DNA of 64,000 nt from an uncultured Chloroflexia bacterium (lineage in GTDB: Bacteria > Chloroflexota > Limnocylindria > Limnocylindrales > CSP1-4): positions 914,154 to 978,153 of the forward strand of contig CAVRHM010000006.1 of assembly GCA_963721015.1 (NCBI GenBank), given 5' to 3'. Below are positions 9,012 to 19,682 of this stretch, in pieces (the stretch's first letter is position 1; each line of letters begins with the position of its first letter). The notes beneath the pieces were generated by a model. It made no database searches, had not been told where the DNA came from, and was given only the letters and a program-made list of their open reading frames with translations. A program made the translations under genes and the position numbers.

Positions 9012-10111
9012 GCGGGCTCGGCGTCGGGTCGAGCCGCCCGGAGCCCGGGGAGCCGCGTCCCGAGGAGCATCGACCCGGTCACCAGGAGCACGCCAGCCCA
9101 CCAGCCGATCTCCGTGTAGCTGGCCATCCCGATGACCGCCAGCAGGGCGATCTCGCGGCGGACCGACAGCATCGCCGGCAGGATGAACAGGCCGGTGAAG
9201 GCGTGGACGTTCGGGGCGACGAGGAGCATGAGCAGGCCGACCCACGCCCCGGCCAGGGGACCGCGGAGCCAGAGGGTCGCGATGACGGCGGCGACGGTCA
9301 GGCCGACCACGACGATCCGGGGCAGGTAGACGAGCAGCGGCACACCGATCATGTCCCAGGTCGGATCGGCGGCCAGCGCCGCCTGCCCGAGCCAGGCGCC
9401 GTACAGGCCGATGCCCGTCAGCGGCAGGGTCACGACGAGGACCGCGACCCAGGGCAGCGCGCCCAGGATCGCCGCCCGCGGCTGGTGCCGGGCGACCAGG
9501 AGCCAGGCCAGCGCCTGGCTGATCTTCACGGCCCCCACCGTGGCCGCCGCGAAGCCGATGGCCGGGCCGGTCCGAGTCGGGTCGTCGAGGTCGCGCGCCC
9601 GGAGGCGCAGGTCATGGGCAGCCGGCGCCTCCCAGAATGCGACGGCGAACGCGGCGAACAGGACGACCTGGATGTTGCCGTTCCAGATCCCCTCGGCGAA
9701 CGGCGGCCAGGCCAGGGCGAATGGGATGAGCCACCAGGGCATCGCCAGGCGCCGGCAGGTCCATCCGGCGAAGGCCACCAGGACGACGAACCAGATGACC
9801 CGGACGAGGTCGATCGGCAGCACGGTCAGCGCCGCGGCGACCGGCAGCACGAACGGCGGGTAGAGGAACGGGGCGATCGCCTCCGGGTCGTGGAAGCCCG
9901 CGGCGACGTAGACCTCCTCGCCGGCCAGCCAGCGCTCGGCCGCCTGGAGCGGGATGAGCAGATCCAGGCCGAGCGGGAAGTTGGTGACGACCCGGGCCGC
10001 CCCGATGACCACGACGATGCCGGCGACGATGGCCAGGCCCAGCACCCAAGGGCTGGGCAGCCGCCGGGAGACGGGACGGTCCGGCGCGGGGTCGATCGTG
10101 TCGGTCACCAC
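8978..10111 (-). CDS. GT87/DUF2029-family transferase
   Basis: GLDL...AAERWLAGEEVY, FLYPP, GNIQ, VKISQ motifs; GTG start 7 nt after TAGACT. Confidence 0.75.
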   Translation of the reverse strand: MVTDTIDPAPDRPVSRRLPSPWVLGLAIVAGIVVVIGAARVVTNFPLGLDLLIPLQAAERWLAGEEVYVAAGFHDPEAIAPFLYPPFVLPVAAALTVLPIDLVRVIWFVVLVAFAGWTCRRLAMPWWLIPFALAWPPFAEGIWNGNIQVVLFAAFAVAFWEAPAAHDLRLRARDLDDPTRTGPAIGFAAATVGAVKISQALAWLLVARHQPRAAILGALPWVAVLVVTLPLTGIGLYGAWLGQAALAADPTWDMIGVPLLVYLPRIVVVGLTVAAVIATLWLRGPLAGAWVGLLMLLVAPNVHAFTGLFILPAMLSVRREIALLAVIGMASYTEIGWWAGVLLVTGSMLLGTRLPGLRAARPDAEPAQATTGATSGA

Positions 10112-10312
10112 GCCGGCGAGTCTAGCCCGCGGTCTTCGCCCCAGCCGCCCCGCCCCGGTCCTGCCCGCGGCGGGACCATCGGGTGATGCGGGCCGAGGCC
10201 GGGCGGGAGCGAGAATATGGACCACGGTTGCGTCAACGCACCGTTTTCGGCAGGCTAACGCCCGACCGGTCCGGCCCGACCACGGGCGAAGGACCGGAGG
10301 AGGAACGCATCT

Positions 10313-10516
10313 ATGGACTTCTTGCTCGCCTACATCGACCCGGGGTCGGGCAGCCTCATCATCCAGGCCGTCATCGCGACCCTCATCGCGGTCCCGTTCT
10401 TCTTCCGCACGCAGATCAGCCGCATCGTGCGGACCGTGCGGCGGCAGCCGGACCCCGAAGCGACCACCTCGACGACCTCCTCGGCCGCGCCGACGGTCGA
10501 CGACACCGCGCGCTGA
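10313..10516 (+). CDS. Small membrane peptide with AYIDPGSGS motif
   Basis: Strong SD GGAGGAGG; MDFLLAYIDPGSGSLIIQAVIATLIAVPFFFR, one TM helix, basic then Ser/Thr-rich tail. Confidence 0.8.
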   Translation: MDFLLAYIDPGSGSLIIQAVIATLIAVPFFFRTQISRIVRTVRRQPDPEATTSTTSSAAPTVDDTAR

Positions 10517-10532
10517 ACCGACCGACGACGGG

Positions 10533-11924
10533 GTGATCCAGACCGATCCCGGGTCCTTCCGCGACCCGAGCGGCTTCGTCTACCGTCGCGACGGCACCAT
10601 CTATCGCCAGGTCCAGCGCTCATTCGCATCCGATTGGGATGACCTGGCCGGCTCCGGCCTCCTGGGACGCCTGCAGGACGCCGGACAGCTCATCCGCCAC
10701 GACGTCGTCGACACCGCGACGTTCGCGGCCGATCCGTCGACCGCCCACGCGGTCCTCCGCCCGGAGCTCGTCGACTTCATCTCGTACCCGTACGAGTGGT
10801 CGTTCGGCCAGCTCCGCGATGCGGCCCTCCTGACCCTCGCCGTCCAGAAGACCGCGACCGACGCCGGCTTCACCCTCCGCGACGCGACGGCCTACAACGT
10901 CCAGTTCCACGGGGGCCGGCCCGTCCTCATCGACACCCTGTCGTTCGAACGAGCGACGCCCGGGGCGCCGTGGATCGCCTACAAGCAGTTCTGCGAGCAC
11001 TTCCTGGCGCCGCTCGCGCTGATGGCCCGGCGTGACGTCCGATGCGGGCTCATGCTCCGCGACCACATCGATGGGATCCCGCTCGACCTGGCGGCGCGGC
11101 TGCTGCCCGGCCGCTCGCGCTTCAACCTGGGGCTCGGCTCGCACATCCATGCCCATGCCCGCGCCCAGACCCGTTACGCGGATGCCGGCCAGGCCGCGGC
11201 GACCAAGGCCAAGACCCGGACGCTGAGCCCGCTCCAGCAGGCCGCGCTGCTGGACAGCCTGCAGCGGACCGTCAGCGGGCTGGCCTGGGAGCCGGCCGGC
11301 ACGGAGTGGGCGGACTACGCCGAGAACACGAGCTACAGCGACACCGCAGCCGACCAGAAGGACGCGCTCGTCGGACGGCTGCTCCGTGATGCCGGCGGCG
11401 ACGTCGTCTGGGACATGGGTGCGAACACCGGCCGGTTCAGCCGGATCGCCGCCGGCCTGGGTCGGCGGGTCGTCGCCTGGGACATCGACCCGGCCGCCAC
11501 GGAGCGCCATTACCAGCTCATCCGCCGCGACGGCACGACGAGCACGCTGCCGCTCGTCGTCGACCTCGGCAACCCCAGCCCTGGCCTGGGCTGGGCCCAC
11601 ACCGAGCGACGCTCGCTCGTCGACCGGGCGAACGCGGACACGGTCCTCGCCCTGGCCCTCATCCACCACCTGGCGATCTCGCGCAACCTGCCGCTCAACC
11701 GCCTGGCCGACTTCTTCCGGTCGCTCGGCCCGAACCTCGTCATCGAGTTCGTGCCCAAGGGCGACCCGATGGTCGAAAAGCTCCTCGCCACACGCGAGGA
11801 CATCTTCCCGGACTACACGATCGACGGCTTCCGGACCGCCTTCGGGCGGCTGTACCGGATCGACGAGGAAGCGCCCATCGAGGGCGTGACGCGCGTGCTG
11901 TTCCGGATGTCCGCGCGGACCTGA
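10533..11924 (+). CDS. NoeA-like protein: kinase-like N-terminal domain + class I SAM methyltransferase
   Basis: GSFRDPSG; LRDATAYNVQF...LIDTLSF; C-terminal VWDMGANTG, VVAWDID, LALIHHL. Confidence 0.8.
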   Translation: MIQTDPGSFRDPSGFVYRRDGTIYRQVQRSFASDWDDLAGSGLLGRLQDAGQLIRHDVVDTATFAADPSTAHAVLRPELVDFISYPYEWSFGQLRDAALLTLAVQKTATDAGFTLRDATAYNVQFHGGRPVLIDTLSFERATPGAPWIAYKQFCEHFLAPLALMARRDVRCGLMLRDHIDGIPLDLAARLLPGRSRFNLGLGSHIHAHARAQTRYADAGQAAATKAKTRTLSPLQQAALLDSLQRTVSGLAWEPAGTEWADYAENTSYSDTAADQKDALVGRLLRDAGGDVVWDMGANTGRFSRIAAGLGRRVVAWDIDPAATERHYQLIRRDGTTSTLPLVVDLGNPSPGLGWAHTERRSLVDRANADTVLALALIHHLAISRNLPLNRLADFFRSLGPNLVIEFVPKGDPMVEKLLATREDIFPDYTIDGFRTAFGRLYRIDEEAPIEGVTRVLFRMSART

Positions 11925-11928
11925 CCCC

Positions 11929-13470
11929 ATGACGGCCATCGCGGAGACCCCGGCCCCGTCGACGACACCCTGGTGGCGCGTCCCGCTCTACCCGGCGACG
12001 ATCCCGCTGGCGATCATCCTGCAGGCCTGGGCCGCGGCGGCGATCCACCCGGCCGCGATGTACCGGCCCCTCCTCCTGGCCATCGCGTTCTCGCTGCTGC
12101 TGACGCTCGCCCTGAGCCTGGTCTGCCGCAACCGCGACCTGGGCGCCCTGGCCGCCAGTGGGGCCCTCCTGGCCATCGTCGCCGCCGCGGTCCCATCGGC
12201 GGGGCTCATCGTCCTGCTCGCCGTCCTGCTCATCATCGCCTTGGGGCTCGTGCGGCGCGGCCGCCCGTGGCCGCTCGGTGCGCGGATCACCCAGGGGATG
12301 AACATCGTCGGGGCCGTGCTGCTCCTGGCCTCGGCCATCAATCTCGTCCAGACCGGTGCCCTGACCGAGGGCGTCGAGGACCTGCGCCTGGATCTCGAAG
12401 GCCGCGGTCCGATCGGTGTCGCGGCCTCCGGCAGCCCGGACATCTACCTCCTCCTGCTCGACGGCTATCCGGGCGCGGATGCCCGGGCGATGGCCCCGGA
12501 CCACCCGCCCAGCGTCCTCCGCGACGAGCTCCTCGCCCGTGGCTTCGACATGGCCGAGGACACGCACTCGAACTACCTGCAGACCACGACGACCCTGGCC
12601 TCGATGTTCCAGATGCGCCACTTGCAGGGCCTGCCGGAGCTGGCCCCGCCGTGGGGTCCGGAGCCGTCCGACTCGCGCCGCTTGCGTCGCCTCATCAACG
12701 CGGCCCCGGCGCTCGATGCCCTACGCGACGCCGGCTACACGTCGACGGCTGTCGCGTCCGGCTTCGCCGAGGTGGAGTTGCGCCGCGTGGATCGGCTCGT
12801 CGAGCCGGTCAGCCCGACCGAGTTCGAGCACAGCCTCATCCGGGGGACCGGCCTGGGCCTCCTCCTGGATGCCGTGGCGCCCGACCTCCTGCCGGAGACC
12901 CAGCGCGCCCGGATCGAGGACTCGTTCACCGCCGTCGTCGATGCCGCCGAGGCCGACGTCGCCAGCCCGCGGTTCGTCCTGGGGCACATCCCCGGACCAC
13001 ATCCACCGTGGGTCTTCGGGGCGGACGGCGAGCCGATCCGCGACGACATCTTCGCCTACTACACGGACTCGGCCCGCGACCGCGCGATCGACCGGTCCGA
13101 GGCGATGCGGCGCCACCTTGATCAGGCCGAGTATGTCGACCGGCGCGTCGTCGAGACCGTCGACCGGATCCTGGCCGCGTCAACGACGCCACCGGTCATC
13201 GTCGTCTTCTCGGACCACGGGTCGGGCACCGGCTTCGACCAGGACGCCCCCCTCGTGTCCGACCTCAAGGAGCGGACGAGCAACGTGTTGGCCGCCTACA
13301 CGCCCGGCCATCCTGGCCTCTTCGCCGAGCCGACCAGGTCCACGCCGATCGCCATCCTGCCGTCGCTGCTCGACACCTATCTCGGGATGGATGTCGCGGT
13401 CCCCGATCCGTCCGTGTGGGCCTGGCAAGGCGAGCTGCTCGATTTCGTCCCGGTCGACGTCGATGACTGA
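11929..13470 (+). CDS. Membrane-anchored alkaline-phosphatase/sulfatase-superfamily protein (LtaS/EptA-like) 1
   Basis: About 5 TM helices, then DIYLLLLDGY, SNYLQTT, HIPGPHPP, VVFSDHG. Confidence 0.75.
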   Translation: MTAIAETPAPSTTPWWRVPLYPATIPLAIILQAWAAAAIHPAAMYRPLLLAIAFSLLLTLALSLVCRNRDLGALAASGALLAIVAAAVPSAGLIVLLAVLLIIALGLVRRGRPWPLGARITQGMNIVGAVLLLASAINLVQTGALTEGVEDLRLDLEGRGPIGVAASGSPDIYLLLLDGYPGADARAMAPDHPPSVLRDELLARGFDMAEDTHSNYLQTTTTLASMFQMRHLQGLPELAPPWGPEPSDSRRLRRLINAAPALDALRDAGYTSTAVASGFAEVELRRVDRLVEPVSPTEFEHSLIRGTGLGLLLDAVAPDLLPETQRARIEDSFTAVVDAAEADVASPRFVLGHIPGPHPPWVFGADGEPIRDDIFAYYTDSARDRAIDRSEAMRRHLDQAEYVDRRVVETVDRILAASTTPPVIVVFSDHGSGTGFDQDAPLVSDLKERTSNVLAAYTPGHPGLFAEPTRSTPIAILPSLLDTYLGMDVAVPDPSVWAWQGELLDFVPVDVDD

Positions 13471-15041
13471 GACCACGTCGATGCCGCCGCCCATCGATCC
13501 GCCGTCGGCCGCCGACGCGCCGTCGACCAAGGGCGGCTGGCGACGCTGGACCATCCCCCTCTATCCGCTGGTCTTCCCCATCGCGCTCGTCGTCCTGGCC
13601 TGGTCGGCGGCGAACATCCACGTCGCCATCCTGGCGCGCCCGTTGGTCATCAGCATCGCCATCGGCCTGGTGGTCATCGCCGTCTGCACGGCGCTGGCCG
13701 GGAACCGCGACCTGGGCGGCATCCTGGCGTCGGTCGTGCTGCTGACGCTCATCGCCACCGACCCGCGGGCCGTCGTCCTGCTCGCCATCCTCGACGGTGC
13801 TGGTCGCGATCGTCATCCTCACGCGGCGTGGTCGAGTCTCGCGTCCGCTCCAGATCGCCGCCAAGGTCATGCGCGGCGTCGCGATCGTCCTGGCCATCGC
13901 GTTGACCATCAAGCTCATCAGCGACGGCGTCCCCGCCAACGCCATCGGCGAGGTCCAGGCCGACCTGGCCGGGCATCCGAAGGGGGCCGCGGTCGCTGAG
14001 GCCCCGGACGTCGTCGTCCTGCTCCTGGACGCCTTCCCGGGTGATCGGGCGATGGCCATGGCCGGCGGGGACAGCGCGCCGTTCATCAGCGAGCTGGAAG
14101 CCCGCGGCTTCGACGTGCAGCGGGACAGCCATTCCAACTATCTGTATACCGGCCTGACGATCGGATCGATGCTCGGCATGGAGCACATCCACGAGTCGGC
14201 CGCGCTCGACCCGCCCTGGGACATGGCCGTCGACGATGCCCGGCGTCTGCGGGGTGTCATCAACGACGGTGCGGCCTTGAAAAGCCTGGCCGCCGCGGGC
14301 TACGACCTCGTCTCGGTCGGGTCCGGATTCGACCACGCGGAGGTGCGTCGGGTGGACACCTTCGTCACGCCCTGGCAGCCGTCCGAGTTCGAGGTCGCGT
14401 ACCTCCGGCTCATCGCCGTCGGCGACCTCATCGACCTCGTCGCCCCGGATCTCCTGTCCGGGTTGCACCGGCAGCGGATCCTGGACACGCTCGATGCGAC
14501 GCGTGCCCAGGCGACGGCCCCGCATGACCGGCCGCGCTTCGTCTATGGCCACGTGCCGGCGCCCCACTCGCCGTGGGTCTTCGACGAGCACGGTGGCGCT
14601 CGGCAGGCGCGATTGACGACCTTCTACTCGGATGACCCGGGTGACCTCCAGACCGACAAGGCGACGGCGTTCGCTCGGTCACGGGAGCAGGCGGTCTACG
14701 TGTTCGGCCTGGCCATGGACACGGTCGATCGGATCATCGCGGACGCGCCACGGCCGACGATCGTGGTCGTCATGTCCGACCACGGCACGGGCGTCGGCCT
14801 CGACCCGCAGGATGCCAAGTCGACGGACCTCATCGAGCGCTTCAGCAACCTCATGGCCGTCCGGACCCCGGATGGCCGCGACCTCGTCGGCGATCGGCTC
14901 ACCCCGGTCAACGTCTTCCCGCGGATCCTGACCGAGTACGTCGGGATGCCGACGCCCGAGCACGACGATGGCACCTACGCTTGGGACGGCGCGTACCTCA
15001 ACACCGTCCCCGTCCAACCGGTCCCGGAATGGGTGCCCTAA
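13463..15041 (+). CDS. Sulfatase-superfamily membrane protein 2, frameshift near 13790
   Basis: N-terminal TMs in one frame (from 13463), catalytic part in ORF 13797..15041: VVVLLLDAF, SNYLYT, HVPAPHSP, VMSDHG. Confidence 0.72.
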
Positions 15042-16558
15042 GGTCACGGATCGCGATCTACCCGATCGCGTTCGCGCTCGGGTTCGTCGTCCTGCTCGTC
15101 GTCGTCTCCGGCGTCAGCCCGTTCGCGGCCGCTCGAACGCTGGTCGTCACCGCCGCCATCGCGACGGCCCTCGTCATCCTGGGCACGGTGCTCCTCGGCG
15201 ACAAGGACCGAGGCGGGGTCTTCGGGGCGCTGGCGATCCTGGCGGTGATGGGCGGCGACATCCGACTGACCATCGTCATCCTCATCGCCTTCGTGCTCCT
15301 CCTCCTGGAGCGCTACGCCATCCCGGCCGACCGTCAGACGATCCGCTGGTCGAAGATCGGGCTGATCGCGAGCCGCCTCGTCGTCATCCTCCTGCTGGCC
15401 ATCGGGATCCAGGCGATCCAGCTCGGCGCCCCGGCCTGGGCCTGGCGGGCCGTCACCCATGAGACCGCCCTGCAGCCTGGGCCCTCGCCGGTGCTCGATC
15501 CATCCGACCCGGACATCTACGTGGTGCTCCTCGACGGGCACACCCGGCTCGACGTCGGCGCGGACCTGCTCGGCATCGATCCGGCGCCCCTCCGCGACGG
15601 GCTAGGGCAACGCGGCTTCACCATCGCCGATCGAAGCCGCAGCAACTACACGCTGACCGCCGAGACCCTGACCTCCATGCTCGAGCAGGACCATCTCATG
15701 GACATCCCGCGGATGGCGGGTCTCGTCGCCGGTACCGAGAGCCTGCCCGCCGGGGCGGTCGTCCGGGATGTCGTCAACGACAACGTGACCCTTGAGATGC
15801 TCAGATCGCGCGGCTATGAGATCGAAGCCTCATCGTCCGGCTTCGAGGAGGTCTCCATCCGCGAAGCGGACCGGTTCATCGACCCGGGCCAGATCAACGA
15901 ATTCGAGATCGGGATGCTCCGGCGGAGCGTCCTGGGCGAGGTCCTGTCCGCCGTCGCTCCCGACGCCGCGAGCGCGCAGCAACGTGACCGCATCCGCGGC
16001 GTCCTCGACGTCCTGGCCTCGGCGCCAGCGCGAGCGACCGACCGCCCGACGTTCCACTTCGCGCACGTCCCCAGCCCGCACGCGCCGTGGGTCTTCCGGG
16101 CCGATGGCTCGCCACGCACGGTCGCCGACCTCGAGGCGTTCTATGCGGAGACGTCCGGCCCCACGAAGCTCGACCACGACGAGCTCGTCGCCGGTTTCAA
16201 GGACCAGGTCGTCGACATCGATCGCCGGTTGCTGGAGACACTCGACCGCCTCGATGCCGGGATCGCGGAGCGCGGGCGACCGGCCGTGACGATCGTGTTC
16301 AGCGATCACGGCTCGTGGATCGGCGCGCAGGAGGGCGACATCCGGCTGCGCTTCAAGAACCTGCTGGCCGTCCGCGGCACGGACGTGGACGTCGATGTCG
16401 ACCCGGACGCCACGCTGGTGAACGTCATGCCCACCCTGTTCGGCCAGCTGTTCGGAACGGCGGTCCAGCCCCGGGCCGACACGACCTACCGATACGACGC
16501 TCGCGACGTGTTCGATCTCGTACGAGTGGATGACCCCGACGCCCGGTCCAGCCCGTAG
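15029..16558 (+). CDS. Sulfatase-superfamily membrane protein 3
   Basis: DIYVVLLDGH, SNYTLT, HVPSPHAP, VFSDHG; paralogue of the two preceding genes. Confidence 0.75.
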   Translation: MGALRSRIAIYPIAFALGFVVLLVVVSGVSPFAAARTLVVTAAIATALVILGTVLLGDKDRGGVFGALAILAVMGGDIRLTIVILIAFVLLLLERYAIPADRQTIRWSKIGLIASRLVVILLLAIGIQAIQLGAPAWAWRAVTHETALQPGPSPVLDPSDPDIYVVLLDGHTRLDVGADLLGIDPAPLRDGLGQRGFTIADRSRSNYTLTAETLTSMLEQDHLMDIPRMAGLVAGTESLPAGAVVRDVVNDNVTLEMLRSRGYEIEASSSGFEEVSIREADRFIDPGQINEFEIGMLRRSVLGEVLSAVAPDAASAQQRDRIRGVLDVLASAPARATDRPTFHFAHVPSPHAPWVFRADGSPRTVADLEAFYAETSGPTKLDHDELVAGFKDQVVDIDRRLLETLDRLDAGIAERGRPAVTIVFSDHGSWIGAQEGDIRLRFKNLLAVRGTDVDVDVDPDATLVNVMPTLFGQLFGTAVQPRADTTYRYDARDVFDLVRVDDPDARSSP

Positions 16559-16568
16559 ACTGCCGCCC

Positions 16569-17369
16569 ATGTCCGAGAGCCCGTTGCTCACGCTCGTGTT
16601 GCCGGCCTACAACGAATCCGAGCGGATCGGACCCGCCCTGGACGAGCTCCTTGGCTACCTGCGCCGGCGTGGCGACAGCGCTCGTGATGGGGCTCCGGGA
16701 TCCGGCCGACTGCCGGACCGGATCGAGATCCTCGTCGTCGACGACGGCAGCACGGACGGCACGGCGGACCTCGTCGAGGCCCACGCGGCCACGACCGCCA
16801 TCGACGGGATCGGCCTCCACGTGCTGCGGGTCCCGCACGGCGGCAAGGGCGCCGCGGTCCGGGCCGGGATGCTGGCCGCGGCCGGCGACCTCGTCGTGTT
16901 CACCGATGCCGACATGGCGACGCCGCCCGACCAGATCCCGCTGCTGGTGGAGGCGCTGGATGGCCACGACGTCGCCCTCGGCTCGCGGATCCAGCCGGAT
17001 GGTTCGGATATGCGGGCCACCCAGCCCGGCTATCGCCGGCTCCTGGGCAAGACGTTCCACCTGCTCGCGTCCTTGTGGGTCGTGGGTCCCGTCCAGGACA
17101 CGCAGTGCGGGTTCAAGGGCTTCAGCCGCGAGGCCGCCCAGGACCTGTTCTCCCGACAGCAGGTCACGAGCATCGTCTTCGACGTCGAGCTGATCTACCT
17201 GGCGCGACGTCGCGGCTATCGCCTGGCCATCGTGCCGATCCGCTGGTACGACAAGCGCGGCTCCCGGATGCGCGCCTCGCCCGGGCTCGCCCTGCGGGTC
17301 GCCTGGGACCTGTTCCGGATCCCGCTCCGGCATCGCGGCGCACGGCGGAGCGCGACGGAGCGCGGGTGA
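16569..17369 (+). CDS. Polyprenyl-phosphate glycosyltransferase (GT2, Alg5/Dpm1-like)
   Basis: VLPAYNE, VDDGSTDGT, GKGAAVRAG, FTDAD, DTQCGFKGF, FDVELIY. Confidence 0.9.
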   Translation: MSESPLLTLVLPAYNESERIGPALDELLGYLRRRGDSARDGAPGSGRLPDRIEILVVDDGSTDGTADLVEAHAATTAIDGIGLHVLRVPHGGKGAAVRAGMLAAAGDLVVFTDADMATPPDQIPLLVEALDGHDVALGSRIQPDGSDMRATQPGYRRLLGKTFHLLASLWVVGPVQDTQCGFKGFSREAAQDLFSRQQVTSIVFDVELIYLARRRGYRLAIVPIRWYDKRGSRMRASPGLALRVAWDLFRIPLRHRGARRSATERG

Positions 17370-18469
17370 TGGACGGCAGCGCGATCGCCCGTCTCGGGCG
17401 GACGGCCCTGCCGATCGTCGCGATCCTCGTCTTCGGCGGCAGCCTCGCGGCGACGCTGGCGGCCGCGGGCGACACGCTCGGCTACGACTTCCTGGCCTAC
17501 CACGCCGCCGCGGCCCGGCTCCTGGACGGGGCGCCGCTGTACGACATGTCGTACACCCAGACCGGCGGCTTCGGGCTGTTCTACTACCCGCCGACGTTCG
17601 CGCCGCTCATCCTGCCGCTAGGCCTCCTCGCCCCGCCCACCGCGACCTGGGTTTGGATCGCCATCTCCGTCGCCGCCTTCCTGGTCGGTGTCGCGTGCCT
17701 GCCCGTGTCGCGACCGGTCCGCTGGTGGATCGTGCTCCTGGCCGGGGCGTCGTTCCCGTTCGTCTACGCGGTCAAGCTCGGCCAGGTCGGCCCAGTGCTG
17801 TTCCTGTGCTTCGCCGTGGGCTGGCGATGGCTGGACGACCCGGTCCGGCTGGGCGTCAGCGGCGCCCTGGGCGCCGCCATCAAGCTCCAGCCCGGCCTCG
17901 TTCTCGTGTGGGCCGCCCTGACCGGCCGGTGGCGCGCGGTGGCGGTCGGGGCCGTCACCCTGGCCGTGCTCGGCGTGGCCGCCCTGCTCCTGGCCGGCGT
18001 GGGTGCCTGGGCGGACTTCCTGACCCTCCTGCGGACCGTCAGCGACCCGATCACGACCGAGCACAACTTCACCCCTGGGTCGATCGCCTATCAGCTCGGC
18101 GTCCCGACGGGCGCGGCCGCGGCCATCCAGCTCGCCAGCACGGTCGCGGTCGTCGTCGCGCTGGTCATCGCCGTCCGGCGCGCGACGGACGAGGCCTCGT
18201 ACCTCGTCGCGGTCGTCGCCAGCCAGCTCGTCTCGCCGATCGTCTGGGACCACTACGCGGTCGTGCTGCTCCTGCCGGTGGCCTACCTCCTGGCGGCCGG
18301 CCGCTGGTGGGCGCTGGCCATCCCGCTGGCCACCGCGTGGCCGTTGGTCGGGGTCACGCCCGCCTGGCTCTACCCGGTCCTCTTCTGGATCGCCCTCGTG
18401 GCGACTCTCAGCGTCGGCTGGCGGGCGCACCGGTCGACCGGGGTGGCGACGGCCGCGGGGACGGCGTGA
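17369..18469 (+). CDS. GT87/DUF2029-family transferase
   Basis: GYDFLAY, FYYPP, GQV, IKLQP, WDHY motifs. Confidence 0.82.
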   Translation: MDGSAIARLGRTALPIVAILVFGGSLAATLAAAGDTLGYDFLAYHAAAARLLDGAPLYDMSYTQTGGFGLFYYPPTFAPLILPLGLLAPPTATWVWIAISVAAFLVGVACLPVSRPVRWWIVLLAGASFPFVYAVKLGQVGPVLFLCFAVGWRWLDDPVRLGVSGALGAAIKLQPGLVLVWAALTGRWRAVAVGAVTLAVLGVAALLLAGVGAWADFLTLLRTVSDPITTEHNFTPGSIAYQLGVPTGAAAAIQLASTVAVVVALVIAVRRATDEASYLVAVVASQLVSPIVWDHYAVVLLLPVAYLLAAGRWWALAIPLATAWPLVGVTPAWLYPVLFWIALVATLSVGWRAHRSTGVATAAGTA

Positions 18470-19671
18470 CCGACCCTGATGGCGGTGTGGCCCCACGGGT
18501 CGAGCGGGACACCTGGCTCGGGCTGGGCGTCGTCGCCGTCGCGGCGGTGCTCTACTGGCTGGCGGCCAAGGACTTCGACGCACTCCGCGGCGACTTCTTC
18601 TACCTCGCCGACGCCTTCCTCCACGGTCGGACCTGGCTGGAGGCCAGGCCCGGTCCCAACGACGTCATCCTCATCGACGGTCGCTCATACGTCCCGTTCG
18701 CGCCGTTCCCGGCGGTCGCGCTCATGCCCCTGGTGGCCCTCATCGGGCCCCTCGGGGCGGACCAGATCGAGTCCGGGGTCAACGCCCTGCTGGCCGCTGC
18801 CGGCGTCGGCCTGTGCTGGTGGCTGCTCCGCCGGATCGGGGTCACGTCCGTCGTCGACCGGCTGTGGCTCGTCGTCCTGTACGGCTTCTCGACCCAGATC
18901 CTGTGGGTCACGACCCGCGGCGGGGTGTGGCACACCGGCCACCTCGTGGCCAGCATCCTGACCTTCGCGGCGCTCATCGAGCTGTGGGGCCGCCGCCGGG
19001 CGATCCTCGTCGGCCTGCTGGCCGGCGCCGCCTTCCTGACCCGCGCGCCGCTGGCCTTCGCCGTGCCCTTCTACGCGCTGCTGCTGGAGCCCGGGCGACC
19101 GACCCTTCGCGACCTGCCGTGGCGGCGCTGGATCTGGCTGGCCGTCGGCGTGGCCCCGGCCATCGTCGCGTTCTTCGCCTACAACCAGCTCCGCTTCGGG
19201 ACGCCACTGGAGTCCGGCTACGCGCTGGCGACGCTGCCACCGTTCCTCGAGGCCCAGCGCGAACGCGGTCTGTTCGCCCTCGCCCACATCCCGATGAACC
19301 TCGACTATCTCCTCGTCCACCTGCCCGCGCCGACGGGCACGTTCCCGTTCTTCCAGCCCGACGGGCTCGGCATGTCCGTGCTGCTGACCAGCCCGGGACT
19401 CCTGTTCGCGGTCCGGGCGGACTGGCGCCAGCCGCGGGCGTGGTGGCTGGCCGGGGCCACGATCGCCGTCCTCATCCCGACGCTCCTGTACTACGGCGGT
19501 GGCTGGCTGCAGTACGGCTATCGCTACTTCCTCGACTCCGTCCCGTTCGTCATGGCCCTGTGCGGGATGGCCGCCGTCCACCGTGGCGGCGTGTCCTGGC
19601 CGTGGCGGGCGGCCATCGCCTTCGGGACCGTGGTGATGGCCTTCGGCGTGTACTTCGCCTACAACCTCTAG
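18466..19671 (+). CDS. GT-C-fold membrane protein (putative glycosyltransferase)
   Basis: LADAFLHGR, YVPFAPFP, FLTR, YNQLRFG, QYGYRYFLD; paralogue of 50779..52092. Confidence 0.6.
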   Translation: MTDPDGGVAPRVERDTWLGLGVVAVAAVLYWLAAKDFDALRGDFFYLADAFLHGRTWLEARPGPNDVILIDGRSYVPFAPFPAVALMPLVALIGPLGADQIESGVNALLAAAGVGLCWWLLRRIGVTSVVDRLWLVVLYGFSTQILWVTTRGGVWHTGHLVASILTFAALIELWGRRRAILVGLLAGAAFLTRAPLAFAVPFYALLLEPGRPTLRDLPWRRWIWLAVGVAPAIVAFFAYNQLRFGTPLESGYALATLPPFLEAQRERGLFALAHIPMNLDYLLVHLPAPTGTFPFFQPDGLGMSVLLTSPGLLFAVRADWRQPRAWWLAGATIAVLIPTLLYYGGGWLQYGYRYFLDSVPFVMALCGMAAVHRGGVSWPWRAAIAFGTVVMAFGVYFAYNL

Positions 19672-19682
19672 CATCCGCAGAC

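Noticed and set aside
11929-16558. Classical arylsulfatases
   Set aside because: No C/S-x-P-x-R formylglycine motif; Thr nucleophile position and N-terminal TM domain fit transferase-type members better.
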